Positions 1 to 13,437 of a DNA stretch of 64,000 nucleotides are shown one piece after another. The first letter of the stretch is position 1. Each line of letters starts with the position of its first letter. Both the position numbers and the translations under genes were made by a program. The notes below the pieces were generated by a model. That model was given only the letters and a program-made list of their open reading frames with translations, was not told where the DNA came from and searched no databases. Where the stretch lies: contig OX597838.1 in the NCBI GenBank assembly GCA_951406725.2, positions 21,762,001-21,826,000 on the forward strand, read 5' to 3'. This DNA is from Octopus vulgaris. Lineage: Eukaryota.

Positions 1-157
1 AATTAATCAAGAACATGTATTCGTGCATACAGTACATACAAGCAAAACGCTCCAGAGGTCGTCCATAAGAGTTTCCTGTACTAAATATAATGAAAAATAT
101 CTAAAATTCTCCAGAGACTCCCAGCATGTGAATTTCCTGTACCAGACATATACATAC

Positions 158-253
158 TGCGTGACGCCTTGGGCAAGTGTCTTCTACTATAGCCTCGGGC
201 CGACCAAAGCCTTGTGAGTGGATTTGTTAGACAGAAACTGAAAGAAGCCCGTC

Positions 254-313
<60 letters not shown>

Positions 314-324
314 CATAGAGAAAG

Positions 325-379
<55 letters not shown>

Positions 380-602
380 GTATATATATATATGTATGTG
401 TGTATATGTGTTTGTGTCTATGTTTGTCATCGCTTGACAACCGATGGTGGTGTGTTTACGTCCCCGCAACATTAGCGGTTCGGCGAAAGAGGCCGATAGA
501 ATAAGTACTAGGCTTACAAAGAATAAGTCTTGGGGTCGATTTGCTCGAATAAAGGCGGTGCTCCAGCATAGCCGCAGTCAAATGACTGAAACAAATAAAA
601 GA
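158..602 (+). mobile_element. SINE family A, 5'-truncated, with expanded internal (TA)n/(CA)n
   Basis: Matches 41041-41450; further fragments at 640-800 and 1220-1465. Confidence 0.85.
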
Positions 603-1059
603 ATACATCTACATACACAAACTGAATATATATTTTAGCCGCAAGCGTGGCTGTGTGGCAAGAAGCTTGCTTCACGGCCACATAGTTCCGGGTTCAGACC
701 CGCTGCTTGGTACGTTGGGCAAATGTCTTTTACTATAGCCTCGGGCCGACCAAAGCTTTCTGAATGGCTTTGGTAGACAGAAACTGAAAGAAGCCCGTCG
801 CAAATATATATATGTATACATATAATTTATATTTTGGACTGATAGGGTCGATTAGTGTGTTTCAGTGTTGAGTAGAGCACTAGAACAGTTTGGGGGCTAC
901 CTGGTGTCATCCACAGTCGTGGTATATTTCCGTTGGATCTACTTAAGGAACTCCGCAGTGTCAGCTGGGGTAATTATAAGGGACGATGGGAGGACGGGTC
1001 GAAACGAATGTTGTACAGAATACAGTTCAAATCCATCTTCTCGTTACTTAATTAATATC

Positions 1060-1140
<81 letters not shown>

Positions 1141-2334
1141 AAATATATATATATATGCATACACATATGTACGCATGTATGTATGTATGTATGTATGTAT
1201 GTATATGCATTTGTATATATTTGTGTGTCTCTTTGTCCCTCGCACCATTGCTTGCGATTAGCGGTTTGGCAAAAGAGATCGATAGAATAAGTACTAGGCT
1301 TACAGACTGAAACAAGTAAAGTGGCTGTGTGGTAAGTAGCTTGCCACATGGTTCCGGGTTCAGTCCAACTGCATGGCACCTTGGGCAAGTGTCTTCCTCT
1401 ATAGCCTCGCGCCGACCAAAGGCTTGTGAGTGGATTTGGTAGACGGAAACTGAAAAGAAGCCCGCAAATTTTTAAATGCATAGCAGCATTTTGTCCGTCT
1501 TCCCGTTTTGGCTTCAAATTCCGCTGAGGTCGACTTTGCTTTTCACCCAATCGAGATCGATAAAATAACTACCAGTTGTGCACTGGAATCGATGCAACCG
1601 ACGTAACCCCCAACTCCCAACACCGATATTGCCGGCCTTGTGCCAAAACTTAAAACTATTATTTATTGGTAGGAAAGTTTCGTGCTGGCAGAATCGTTTG
1701 CATGCCGGTCAAAATGCTTAACGGCATTTCGTCCGTCATTTACGTTCTGAGTTCAAATTCCACCGAAGTCGACTTTACCTTTCATCCTTACGGGGTTGAT
1801 AAAATTAATACCAGTTGAACACTGGGGTTGAAAAAATCGACTCACCCCGTCCCCCAAACTCGCGGTCCTTCTGCCGAAATTCGAAACCACAATTGATTTT
1901 GTTGCAATTAATGTTATTGTTGCTAAAATTGTCGCAAGAAATGTTGCTAATTTATTCTTTGAAAGTGTATATGCTTTATCATGAAATATTTTTTGTGTGT
2001 TTGCTTTCGTTTCTGTTCTGTTGCTCATCAGTAAAAAGGTATTAATTCTGATAAGGAATGTTGCAGGGAATTTTTGTCTGTTAACGAATAAAGATGAACA
2101 GTTTTTTTCTTCTTCATAAATTAGAAGTATCTGTCCCTTCGCACCACACCCCAGCCCTGCTTCTATCTTTCAATGGGGAAAAGTGATGCAAACAATTAAT
2201 TAACTTTTTGTGTAGAAATTTTTAATTAAAAAGAAACACTTTCCTCGCCAAATTCCAGTCGGTAAGTACATGAAATTAGAAGAAAGAAAAGCATGTAACA
2301 TGTCTGACTGACACGAAAATCGCATCAGTACCAG

Positions 2335-3325
2335 CAGAAGCAGCAGCACCACCGCCGCCGCCACCACCGCTACCACAACTACCACCACTACCTCCTCCAC
2401 TAATAACACCACCACCACAACAACCATCACTACTACCGCCGTTACTATCACCACCACGACCATTATCCCCACCATCACCATCCCCACTTCCACCACCATC
2501 ACTATCACCACCACCATCATAACCACCATTATCGTCATCACCACTACCACCACCACCAACAACAACAACAACCCCATCAACAGCAACTGTAACAGCAGCA
2601 CCACCACCATCACCACCACCATCATCACCACCATCACCATCACCACCACCATCACCACCACCATCATCACCACCATCACCACCACCACCATCACAATCAC
2701 CACCACCACCACCATCACCACAACCATCACCATCACCACAACCATCACCATCACCATCACCATTACCACCAGCAACAATAACAACACCACCAACAGCAAC
2801 TGTAACACCACTACTCACCAACACCATCACCATCACCATCAGCGGCAACAACAACAGCAACTGTAACACCACTACCATCACCACCATCACCATCACCAAC
2901 ACTATCACCACCAGCAACAATAACAACACCATCAACAGCAATTGTAACACCAACACCACCACCACCACCACCACCACCACCACCATCACCACAACCACCA
3001 TCGCTACCACCATCATCACCACCATCACCATCACCACCACCACCATCACCACCACCATCACCACCACCATCACCACCACCATCACCACAACCACCATCAC
3101 TACCACCATCACCACCACCATCAGCACCACCATCACAATCGCCACCACCATCACCACCACCATCACCACAACTACCATCACTACCAGCAACAACAAAAAC
3201 AGCAACACCATCAACAGTAACAACAACAACAGCAGCAGCAAATCAACAACCACAATAAGAACAATAACAACAATCGCAACAACAAGTACACGAATAACAA
3301 CTACAACCACAACAGCAACAGCAAC
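2335..3325. repeat. Compound (CAC/CAT/CAA)n trinucleotide array with higher-order duplications
   Basis: Recurrent CAACAGCAACTGTAACA blocks within CAC/CAT runs. Confidence 0.9.
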
Positions 3326-3657
3326 AAGGATGTTTCTAATTTCCGGTGGGGAAGACTTTAGTCGATGTTATAGGCATCGGTAGATGACCGTTACTTTATT
3401 TTCTGGACCCTGAAAGGATAAAAGGCAAACTTGACCTCGGTGGAATTTGAACCCAGAATGTAAAGGATCGGAAGGAGTATCACAAGAGATATACTGTCCG
3501 ACGCTCCAACGATTTTCTTAGTCTACAAATCAGAAAATTGGACAATTTTCATTGAATTTGGTTAATTCTTTGATCTCTAACAGACACACACACATAAACA
3601 CACACCATTCCATACACATAAACATATATGTGTGCATGTATGTACGTATGTATGTGT

Positions 3658-3743
<86 letters not shown>

Positions 3744-4309
3744 AAAAAAGTATATATAAAAATACAAAATGGGACAAGAACGCATAACATTCAAATAGAC
3801 GATACGAAAACGGACGGGTCATTCGAAGCCGCTAATCTTCAGTCAAGAACCGGATCAACCTCGCAATTTCAGCTGATTAATCTTGAGATTGCTCCGATCT
3901 GGCCAGCCCCAAGGAAAAACTAAGCTACGAGCATTTTATTTTTTTTTAAAAAAGGATCGAATGTATACGATACGGAGCAAATAATTCACAAGGAAAAAAT
4001 AATTCACGAAAAATTAATTTGCGAAGATATCATTAACTCTATTATTATCTAGTGTAACAATTTTTAAAATGATAACAGAATCAATACTATAGGTGATTGC
4101 AGGCCCCCAAACAGGCATTAAATAGCTGAAGGATTAAAATTAATCAGAGGACATTCCAAGTATGTCTACCTGCTGGAAATTACAGTTAACACTGATATTT
4201 TGGCGGTTTAAATAAGAGTTTTGACTGATATATTCAGCAGGTAGACATACGTGGTATGTCCTTTGATTAATTTTAATCCTTCAGCTATATATATATATAT
4301 ATATATATA

Positions 4310-4540
4310 CAGGGTTGGTCAAAAGTCACCTGACAGTAAATCAAATCCATTTAACTCCAAGATTTATTTGTTTAACAACTGAATGTATTTAATAAACGCC
4401 TCTGAATATGAAACATCATGAAAATTGCTCAAATTGAAGACCTTCTTGAAGGACATGTTTTTCCATTCAATTCAATTCAGAATTACAGATAGTATTTATG
4501 GAATTTTGATTTACAGTGGGGTAGCTTTTGGCCAACCCTG
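4310..4540. mobile_element. Tc1/mariner-type MITE
   Basis: TIRs CAGGGTTGGTCAAAAGTCACCTGACAGTAAATC / GATTTACAGTGGGGTAGCTTTTGGCCAACCCTG, flanked by TA. Confidence 0.8.
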
Positions 4541-4900
4541 TATATATATATATATATATAATATTTACACTTATGCGTACCAGAGCCCTACATTTTTCCG
4601 TCCAGGTCTTATATTAGACTCTTTTCTTCAGTCATTGCACGGTGATCGCTTATAAGCTTATAAAATATTAACACACACACACACACACATACACACATAC
4701 ACACACACAAACACACACACACACACACACATCATAAATGCCCACCATTTTTCTTGCTTTTGACAAGAACCAAATGCATGCAATCATACGTGTGATACAA
4801 TTTATTATGACATTAAATATACACTTCTAGTGAAACAATTGTCGCACATACACGCACACACATGCATATTCATATGTTTACACATATTTCTCTATGTATA

Positions 4901-4951
<51 letters not shown>

Positions 4952-5237
4952 CACAGGCGATAGATAACGGTCGTTATTCATTTTATTCTTTACTACAGCA
5001 TATATCATAACAGATGAAATGGCCATTATTTATGTCGTGTCCTATGTATCACTCTGAGTAAAGACCTGTACAAATAGAACACAGCCATGGATTTACAATA
5101 CGGAATGGTGATAAATCATAACCTCTGACCCTGCAGCAATAAAACGCGGAGCTTTTCACTAATCCAAACAATACAGTTAGTCTAGTATATTAACAGAGAG
5201 CCTATAAAGTATTTCGCCCGGATTGATAACCCCTTTG

Positions 5238-5352
<115 letters not shown>

Positions 5353-5580
5353 GCCTTATATACACGTTGTATAAGTTCTACGTGTTGTTAACTACGGAAG
5401 CATTGCCAGTTCAAAATAGCGTTCTGTATATCTTACTTAACGTGGATAGACTTGTGTGCGTCTTAGCATTACTCCTTTATACGGGGATACGATGCTTTCT
5501 CGAGACGAATTGCCCAGTTTTGTGGCATTCTACCGTATATCCACGTTAGGATATACTCAGTAATATATGTGTGTGTGCAT

Positions 5581-5741
<161 letters not shown>

Positions 5742-5759
5742 CGCTAGCCACTGCACATT

Positions 5760-6075
5760 CTTTATCTTCTCTCCCTGTTTATTTCTGTGTTCCTTTCTGT
5801 GGAAGAGCGTAGGCTCAAAACGTTAAAGAGTTTTTCACTTCCCAAGCGTTTAACTAATACATCTGTTTGTTGTCTACACCGCCTGTCTTCGCTTCTTTTT
5901 ATTGTGAATTCTCCGCCCCGCCCTATATATATAGTTCCAATTTATACAAAAACAAAAAGCAAAGGCAGGTGTATGAACAACAAACAAATGTAATACTTTG
6001 ACGCTGGGGAAAAATGAAAAAGTCTTTTACGTTTCGAGCCTACGCTCTTCAACAGAAAGGAATAAGAGGAAATAA
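5760..6075. mobile_element. Two diverged copies of the same probable PLE 3'-end fragment, tail-to-tail around a short (TA)n
   Basis: 5793-5912 aligns by eye to the reverse complement of 5935-6059; both match 44200-44326. Confidence 0.6.
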
Positions 6076-6523
6076 ATAGAGAGAGAGAGAGAAAAAAAAG
6101 AACTTATAAAGTTCAACAGTCCAACATTACGAATATATATAAATATATTTCAAAATTATATAAATTTTTTTTTATCAGTGGCCAGCATATGAAAAATATA
6201 TTTTAAGGTGAAAATTATACAATTATAAATTAGGGCAAAAAGAAAAAAAACTTTCTTTGCCAATATGTTGAAAAATAGACGCTAAATCCTTTGAACACAT
6301 AAAATATTTTCACATATATTATTACACCAAGTGTCGAAACGAGAACAGCAAGCTAAGAGAAATTCATAAAAATACAATTATCCCCGAATCGGTTCCAATT
6401 TCTGGATTAATCCAAAAAGGATTTATATATATACTAATCCAGAAATCGGAACCGATTTGAGTATAACTAATTTTTTGTGAATTTCTGCTAGCTTGCTGTC
6501 CTCGCTTTGGCACGTGGAGTAAT

Positions 6524-6566
<43 letters not shown>

Positions 6567-6601
6567 ATATATATATGTATATATGTATGTAAATATATAT
6601 A

Positions 6602-6648
<47 letters not shown>

Positions 6649-6884
6649 ATATATATACAAATATATATATACATATATATATTTGTATATATATGTATAT
6701 ATATATGTATATATATATGCATATATATATATGTATATATATATATATATGTATTTATGTATATATATATATGTATATATGTATATATGTATATATATAT
6801 ATATATATCTATATTTAATTATTACACCACGTTTAACATATATGTATATATATATATGTGTGTGTGTGTATGTGTGTGAGTATA

Positions 6885-6949
<65 letters not shown>

Positions 6950-7171
6950 GTATACACTTCTATGATATGTAAATATAATAATTTATTTGTATTTGGGTAA
7001 AAGGCTATTAGATAGAGAAGGGAGGGGAGTAGTTGGCAGCATGAAATCCATTGTATGCTGCTCTATTTCATCGCCCCCGGAGGAACGAAATGCAAATTTG
7101 ACTTCGGCGACATTAGAACATTACGTAAGGAGCCGAAAGAAAACACCGCAAGGTATTTCTTTACCGACACT

Positions 7172-7393
7172 GTATGATGACGGTGATGATGATGATAAGG
7201 ATGATGATGATGACGATGACGGTGATGATGATGATGATGGTAATTATGATGCTGATGATGGTGATGATGATGCTGATGATGGTGGTGATAATGACGTTGG
7301 TGGTGACGACGACAACGGCGATAATGATGACGGCGATGAAAATAACCACCATTGTCATCATGGTTGTCCTGCTTATGACGAAGATGATGATGG

Positions 7394-7429
<36 letters not shown>

Positions 7430-7654
7430 CTACGAGGATGATGATGATGATGACTACGAGGATGATGATGATGATGATAACGATGGTTATGATAACGATG
7501 ACGACGACGATAACGTTGATGATGACGATGAAGATGATGATGACGACGACGACGATGAGAGTGATTATGATGATGATGAGAATAACAACCATCATCATCA
7601 TCATATAACGGAGACGCTGACGACGATGATGATGATGATAATGATGATGATGAA

Positions 7655-7696
<42 letters not shown>

Positions 7697-7772
7697 AAAG
7701 ATGATGATGATGATGATGATGACGACGACGACGACGACGACAACGTCGATGACGATGACGATGACGATGATG
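7172..7772. repeat. (GAT/GAC)n trinucleotide array
   Basis: Direct inspection. Confidence 0.9.
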
Positions 7773-7873
7773 GAAAATCATTACAAAATCGTGTAAAAGA
7801 ATGCAGGTGTTAAAAGGGGAGTGTTTGGAAGAAAGGGAGGAGTAAAAACAACAGAAGAAGGCGTCATTGAAGG

Positions 7874-7904
<31 letters not shown>

Positions 7905-8362
7905 GCCGGCTCATGTGTGCTGCACACGTTGCACAACACATACCACAACAGGCGCCACCACCTTATGTGTAAATAAACACATCTGTATACGCACACACGC
8001 ACACACACACGTACACACACATATATATGAATGTGTGTGTATATATATATATACATGTTTACCCACGCGTTTATATATATATGTACGTATGTATGTATGT
8101 ATGTATGTATGCATGCATGCATGTATGTATGTATGTGTGTGTATGTATGTATGTATGTATATATATATATATGCACATCCGCACATATATATGTGTGTGT
8201 GTGTGTGTTTATGTGCGTATGCATACCAGAAGAATATGTATGTGTGTATGTATAAATGTATGTATATGTATATATACATTTATATACACACTATATTTAT
8301 TATACATATCTGTATACATATTTATACACACACACACATATATATATATACATACACGTATA

Positions 8363-8412
<50 letters not shown>

Positions 8413-8939
8413 TATATATATATATATTACATGTGTGTGTGTGTATGTGTGTATATATGTACGTATGTATGTACGTATGTATGTATGTATGTATGTATGT
8501 ATGTATGTATGTATGTATGTATGTATGTATGTATGTATGTGCAGGCATGGCAACAGTGATACAAATAAATGCGAACGAAGAAATAGGGAACGGGAGGCGG
8601 TCGAAGAGGAGGAGGAGGCAGTAGAAGAGGAGAAGGAGTAGGAAGAGGAGGAGAATGAAGTGCAAAGGGTTAAGGAGGAAACGGTGGCGGGGCGGGTGTG
8701 GGTTGTGAGGGGGTGGGGTGGGGTGGGGGAAGCGCAGAAATGAAAGTAAAACGAAAGAGCGAGCGAATGTCTGTGGTTCGTCTGTAAAATGCGCGGGAAT
8801 TGCTTGTCTGGAATTCCAGACATGTAAGGAATGGAATGCTGTGTTGCTGGGAAGAGAAGAATGAATCGAAGAAGGGGCCGTGAAGGAATGGGGAAGTGGG
8901 TGGGGTTGGTGAGGTTGGTGGCGGAGCGGTAATAAAAGG

Positions 8940-9546
8940 AAGTTTGGGAGAATGGTTGAGGAGTAAAGGGAGAGAGGGAGAGGGAGAGGGGAAGGAAGGA
9001 AGGAAAGAAGGAAAGACCGGAAGAAAGAGAGGAATGAAAGCAGCGAAGAAAGAAGGAATGAAAACCTGAAAGATAGAAAGAAAGAAAGAAAGAAAGAAAG
9101 AAGAAAGAAGGCTTTGTGTGTGTGAGAAAGAGAGAGAGAGGGGGGAGAGAGTATTAAAGAAAGGCCGGAAGAAAGAAAGGAATGAAAGCAATGAAGAAAG
9201 AAGGAATGAAAACCTGAAAGATAGAAAGAAAGAAAGAACAAAGAATAAGGCTTTGTGTGTGTGAAAGAGAGGGAGAGAGAGTGGGGGAGAGAGTATTAAG
9301 GAAAGGCCGGAGGAATGATAGAAATGAAGAAAGGAATGAAGGAAGGAAGAATGAAAGTTGGATTGAAAGGAAGAAAGAACTGAAGGAATAAAGAGGCTGA
9401 GAGAGAGAGTGAGAGAAAAGAGAGAGAGAGAAAGGAGAAAAGAGAGAGAGAGAAAGGAGAAAGGAGAGAGAGAGAGAGAGAGAAAAGAGAGAGAGAGAAA
9501 GGAGAAAAGAGAGAGAGAGAGAAAGGAGAAAGAAGAGAGAGAGAAA

Positions 9547-9587
<41 letters not shown>

Positions 9588-9700
9588 GAAAAGAGAGAGA
9601 GAGGAAGAGGAAATGAATGTGTAAATGAATGAATGAATGAATCAATGAATGAATGATTGAATGAATGGTAGGCAGAAGTATGAAGAAGAAGAAGAAGAAG

Positions 9701-9730
<30 letters not shown>
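8940..9730. repeat. Purine-rich (GA/GAAA/GAA)n tract with a ~140 bp tandem duplication
   Basis: GGAATGAAAACCTGAAAGATAGAAAG...GGCTTTGTGTGTGTGA...GAGTATTAA occurs twice (~9030-9170, ~9175-9312). Confidence 0.85.
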
Positions 9731-9731
<1 letters not shown>

Positions 9732-9999
9732 GGTGTAATTGGAATAGCCTGCTTCAGATGAATGCACATAGTTGCAGTGGCAATGGTGGTGGCGGCGGCG
9801 GTGATTGTGGTGGTGGTGGTGGTGGTGGTGGTGGTGGTGGTGTTACTGTTGCCTATTGTTGTGGTTAACGGAGATGGTGGCGGTAGTAGTATTGGCGGTG
9901 GTGGCGGTGGTGGTGGTGCTGGTGGTTTATCTTCTGCATTCTTCCATTTCCCATTCCAAAACTATGTGACAAACGAAATTCCTTTGTTGCTGCAGAGGA

Positions 10000-10046
10000 A
10001 GCGGCAGTAGCAGCAGCAGTAGTAGTCGTAGTAGCAGCAGCAATAT

Positions 10047-10084
<38 letters not shown>

Positions 10085-10413
10085 AATGTGCTAGTAGTAG
10101 TAGTGGTGATGGTGGTGGTGGTGGTGGTTGTAGTAGTAGTAGCAGCAGTAGTAGGAGTAGTGATGGTAGTAGTAGTGGTGGTAGTAGTAGTAATAGTAGT
10201 GGTAGTAGTGGTGATGGTGATGGTGGTGGTAGTAGTTGTAACAGCAGCAGTTGTAGTAGTAGTGATGGTAGTAGTAGTAGTAGTAGTAGTGGTCGTGGTC
10301 GTCGTCGTCGTAGTAGTAGTAGTGGTGATGGTGGTGGTAGTAGTGGTAAGAGTAGTGATAGTGGTAGTGGTAGTAGTGATAGTAGTCGTAGTAGTAGTAG
10401 TAGTAGTAGTAGT

Positions 10414-10466
<53 letters not shown>

Positions 10467-10809
10467 CAGTGGATGCAATATGGCCGAATGGTTAAGAAGT
10501 TCGTTATGGACCTTTGACCTTTAGCCTCCAGTTGACTCAAGCCTTGGGCTTGAAAATGGCTAAACGGAAACTGTGCGGAACCGTCTCTTCCCCCCACCAC
10601 CGAGTGGATTACGCCTAAAGTTCCAATGACACAGCTTTGCCACACGCCACTGTGTCTTGCTGATCCTGTCTGAGAATTACGTTAGTGTTACTAGCTGTCT
10701 TTGGGATACTCGGCCACATTTTACATAATATCTCAATGATCAGGAAGTTAGTTCGTTTGCTCGAACGGCTGGAATACTCATCGTAGAGAACGACGGATGT
10801 CCATCACTG

Positions 10810-10849
<40 letters not shown>

Positions 10850-10895
10850 GGTGGTGGTGGTAGTGGTAGTGGCAGCGGCGGTGGTGGTGGTGGTG

Positions 10896-10942
<47 letters not shown>

Positions 10943-11130
10943 GGTGGTGGTGGTAGTAGTAGTAGTAGTAATAGTGGTGGCGTTGGTGGTTGTGGTGGTT
11001 GTAGTAGTAGTAGTAGAAGTAATAGTGGTAGTAGTGATGGCGATGGTGGTGGTAGTGGTGGTAGTAGTAGTAGTGGTGGTGGTGGTGGTGGTAGTAATAA
11101 TAGTGGTTTTGGTGGTGATGGTAGTGGTGA

Positions 11131-11176
<46 letters not shown>

Positions 11177-11256
11177 AGTGGTGGTGGTGGTGATAGTAGT
11201 AATAGTAGTAGTAGTGTTGGTGATGGTAGTAGTAGTAATAGTAGTAGTAGTAGTAG
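10000..11256. repeat. Two (GTA/GTG)n arrays (10000-10470, 10810-11256)
   Basis: Direct inspection. Confidence 0.9.
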
Positions 11257-12003
11257 CAGAACCAAGTACTGAGATCGTTCTAATAAAGTACCCCATCTCT
11301 CTCTCTCTCTCCTCCTAAAATGTCGACCCTTTAACTCTGAGAGAAGGTATTTGGTAATTGCAGAATCGTTAGAACGGCGGACCAAAAGCACGCCGTTATT
11401 TGTTCCGATTCATTTACGGTTCTGAGAGTTCAAATCCCCGTCTTGATCAACGCTATTGGCGACCAGACAAAACACCAATCTGACCTCCGTAATGTGACTT
11501 CTGAAGTGAAAACGAAACGACATGATGCCGAAAAGAATGGGGGAAAAACCGTGTTCATCCACTCTGGATGTGCTTAAAATGTCATATTCTTTCCCCGCAA
11601 GGGAATCATCCTGGCGACTAAACTGCAAATAATTGTCGCCAATAACGTCATCAGGAAATCTCACATCAGCAATAAAGCTGATGTGGCTAAAAGTACAAGC
11701 GTTTAAGGCCCTTGGATCTTTCCCACTCCGGAGATCGATATTTTATGCGTTCTCTCTACTTTTGCAAGGTCCTATGTGGGAAATTGTTGCTCCTTGTGAT
11801 CTCCCCACCACATCAAATAAAACATTATGAGAAGAAATGCGCCAAGGGAATTTTGTGACGACGTGTGGTCGAGTGGTTTATGATGTTGTGCTCGAGACTG
11901 TAAGATCGCGCTTTCAATTCCTGGATCGGGCGGTTCGTTATATACTTGGAAAACGATGAATTAACTAATATCGTTGTTGACCGGGCAAAGAAGACAGTTC
12001 GGG

Positions 12004-12043
<40 letters not shown>

Positions 12044-12369
12044 GGGCGCAGGTGTGGCTGTGTGATAAGAAGCTTGCTTCCCAAACTCATGATTCCGGGT
12101 TCAGTCCCACTGTGGGACACCTTGGGCAAGTGTCCACTACTGGAGCCTCGGGCTGATCAAGGCCATGTGAAAGGAATTGGTTTGACGGAAACTGAAAGAA
12201 GCCCGTCGTATATATTTATGTATGTGTGTGTCTATGTGTTTGTTTTTATCTCGCCACCACCACCGTTTGTCAAGCGGTTTGAGTTGTGTTTACGTCCCCG
12301 TAACTTAGCGGTTCAGCATAAGAGACCGACAGAATAAGTACCAGGCTTACAAAAAAAATGTACTGGGGT
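12044..12369 (+). mobile_element. SINE family A fused to a family B array
   Basis: Matches 41041-41370, then switches at TGGGGTCGA into family B sequence. Confidence 0.8.
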
Positions 12370-13028
12370 CGACCTCGGCAGAATTTGAACTCAGAACGTA
12401 AAGACAGACGAAATACCGCTAAGCATTTCACCCGGCGTGCTAACGTTTTTTTTTTCATTATTGCCCACAAAGGGCTAAACATAGAGGGGACAAACAATGA
12501 CAGACAAAGGGATAAGTCGATTACATCGACCCCAGTGAGTAACTGGTACTTACTTTATCGATCCCGAAAGGATGAAAGGCAAAGTCGACCTCGGCGGAAT
12601 TTGAACTCAGACGTAAAGACCGACGAAATACCTATTTCTTTACTACCCACAAGGGTTAAACATAGAGAGGACAAACAAGGACAGACAAACGGATTAAGTC
12701 GATCATATCGAACCCAGTGCGTAACTGGTACTTATTTCATCGACCCCGAAAGGATGAAAGGCACAGTCAACCTCAGCGGAATTTGAACTCGGAACGTAGC
12801 GGCAGACTAAATACCTATTTCGTTATTGCCCACAAGGGGCTAAACATAGATGGGACAAACAAGGAAAGACAAAGGTATTAAGTTGATTACATCGACTCCA
12901 GTGCGTAACTGGTACTTATTTAATTGACCCCGAAAGGAAGAAAGGCAAAGTTGACCTCGGCGGCATTTGAACTCAAAACGTAGCGACAGACGAAATACTG
13001 CCGAGCATTTCGCCCGGCGTGCTACCGC
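12369..13028 (-). mobile_element. Tandem array of SINE family B modules
   Basis: Repeated GACCTCGGCGGAATTTGAACTCAGAACGTA / CCCGAAAGGATGAAAGGCAAAGTC units; central GCCTTTCATCCTTTCGGGGTCGATAAA.TAAGTACC resembles the Meta/MESC SINE core (unverified). Confidence 0.8.
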
Positions 13029-13437
13029 TTCTGCCAGCTCGCCGCCTTAGTGACACCAGAATATTAAGTGAAAAACATATTAAGAGAGAAAAACAAAAAA
13101 AAAAAAAAAACCAACAAAACATGAAATAAAACCGAAAATGAGGATAATTGATAATTTAAACATGAGGGGCTTTGACCTCATAATTTAAGTAATAAAATGT
13201 TGGGATCGATTAATATTGTATTGATTACAACATTTACAAGAGGGTAGGGTTCAAGGGGCAAAGTGATTAAAGAAACTATTTGAGAATAGCTAACGTCATT
13301 GTCGCGTCGTGATCCTTGTTTATTTCAGTAGAAATATTCAGTTGTCAGAAAAATTCGTTCGTTCCGCATCCCGGCCCCAACTTTTATTTTAATCCTTATT
13401 TTTCTTCAACATCATCAATAATGTATTTGTTTTAATT

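Noticed and set aside
2200-3310. Poly-Val/Gly ORFs resembling membrane or structural proteins
   Set aside because: Translation of CAC/CAT microsatellite.
3800-3870. Minus-strand CTGAAGA...TTCGAAT as hammerhead
   Set aside because: GAAA box and stems I/III could not be formed convincingly.
6987-7796. 269-aa Asp-rich ORF resembling acidic biomineral proteins
   Set aside because: Pure (GAT/GAC)n repeat, open on both strands, shifts to poly-Met; no signal peptide or splice support.
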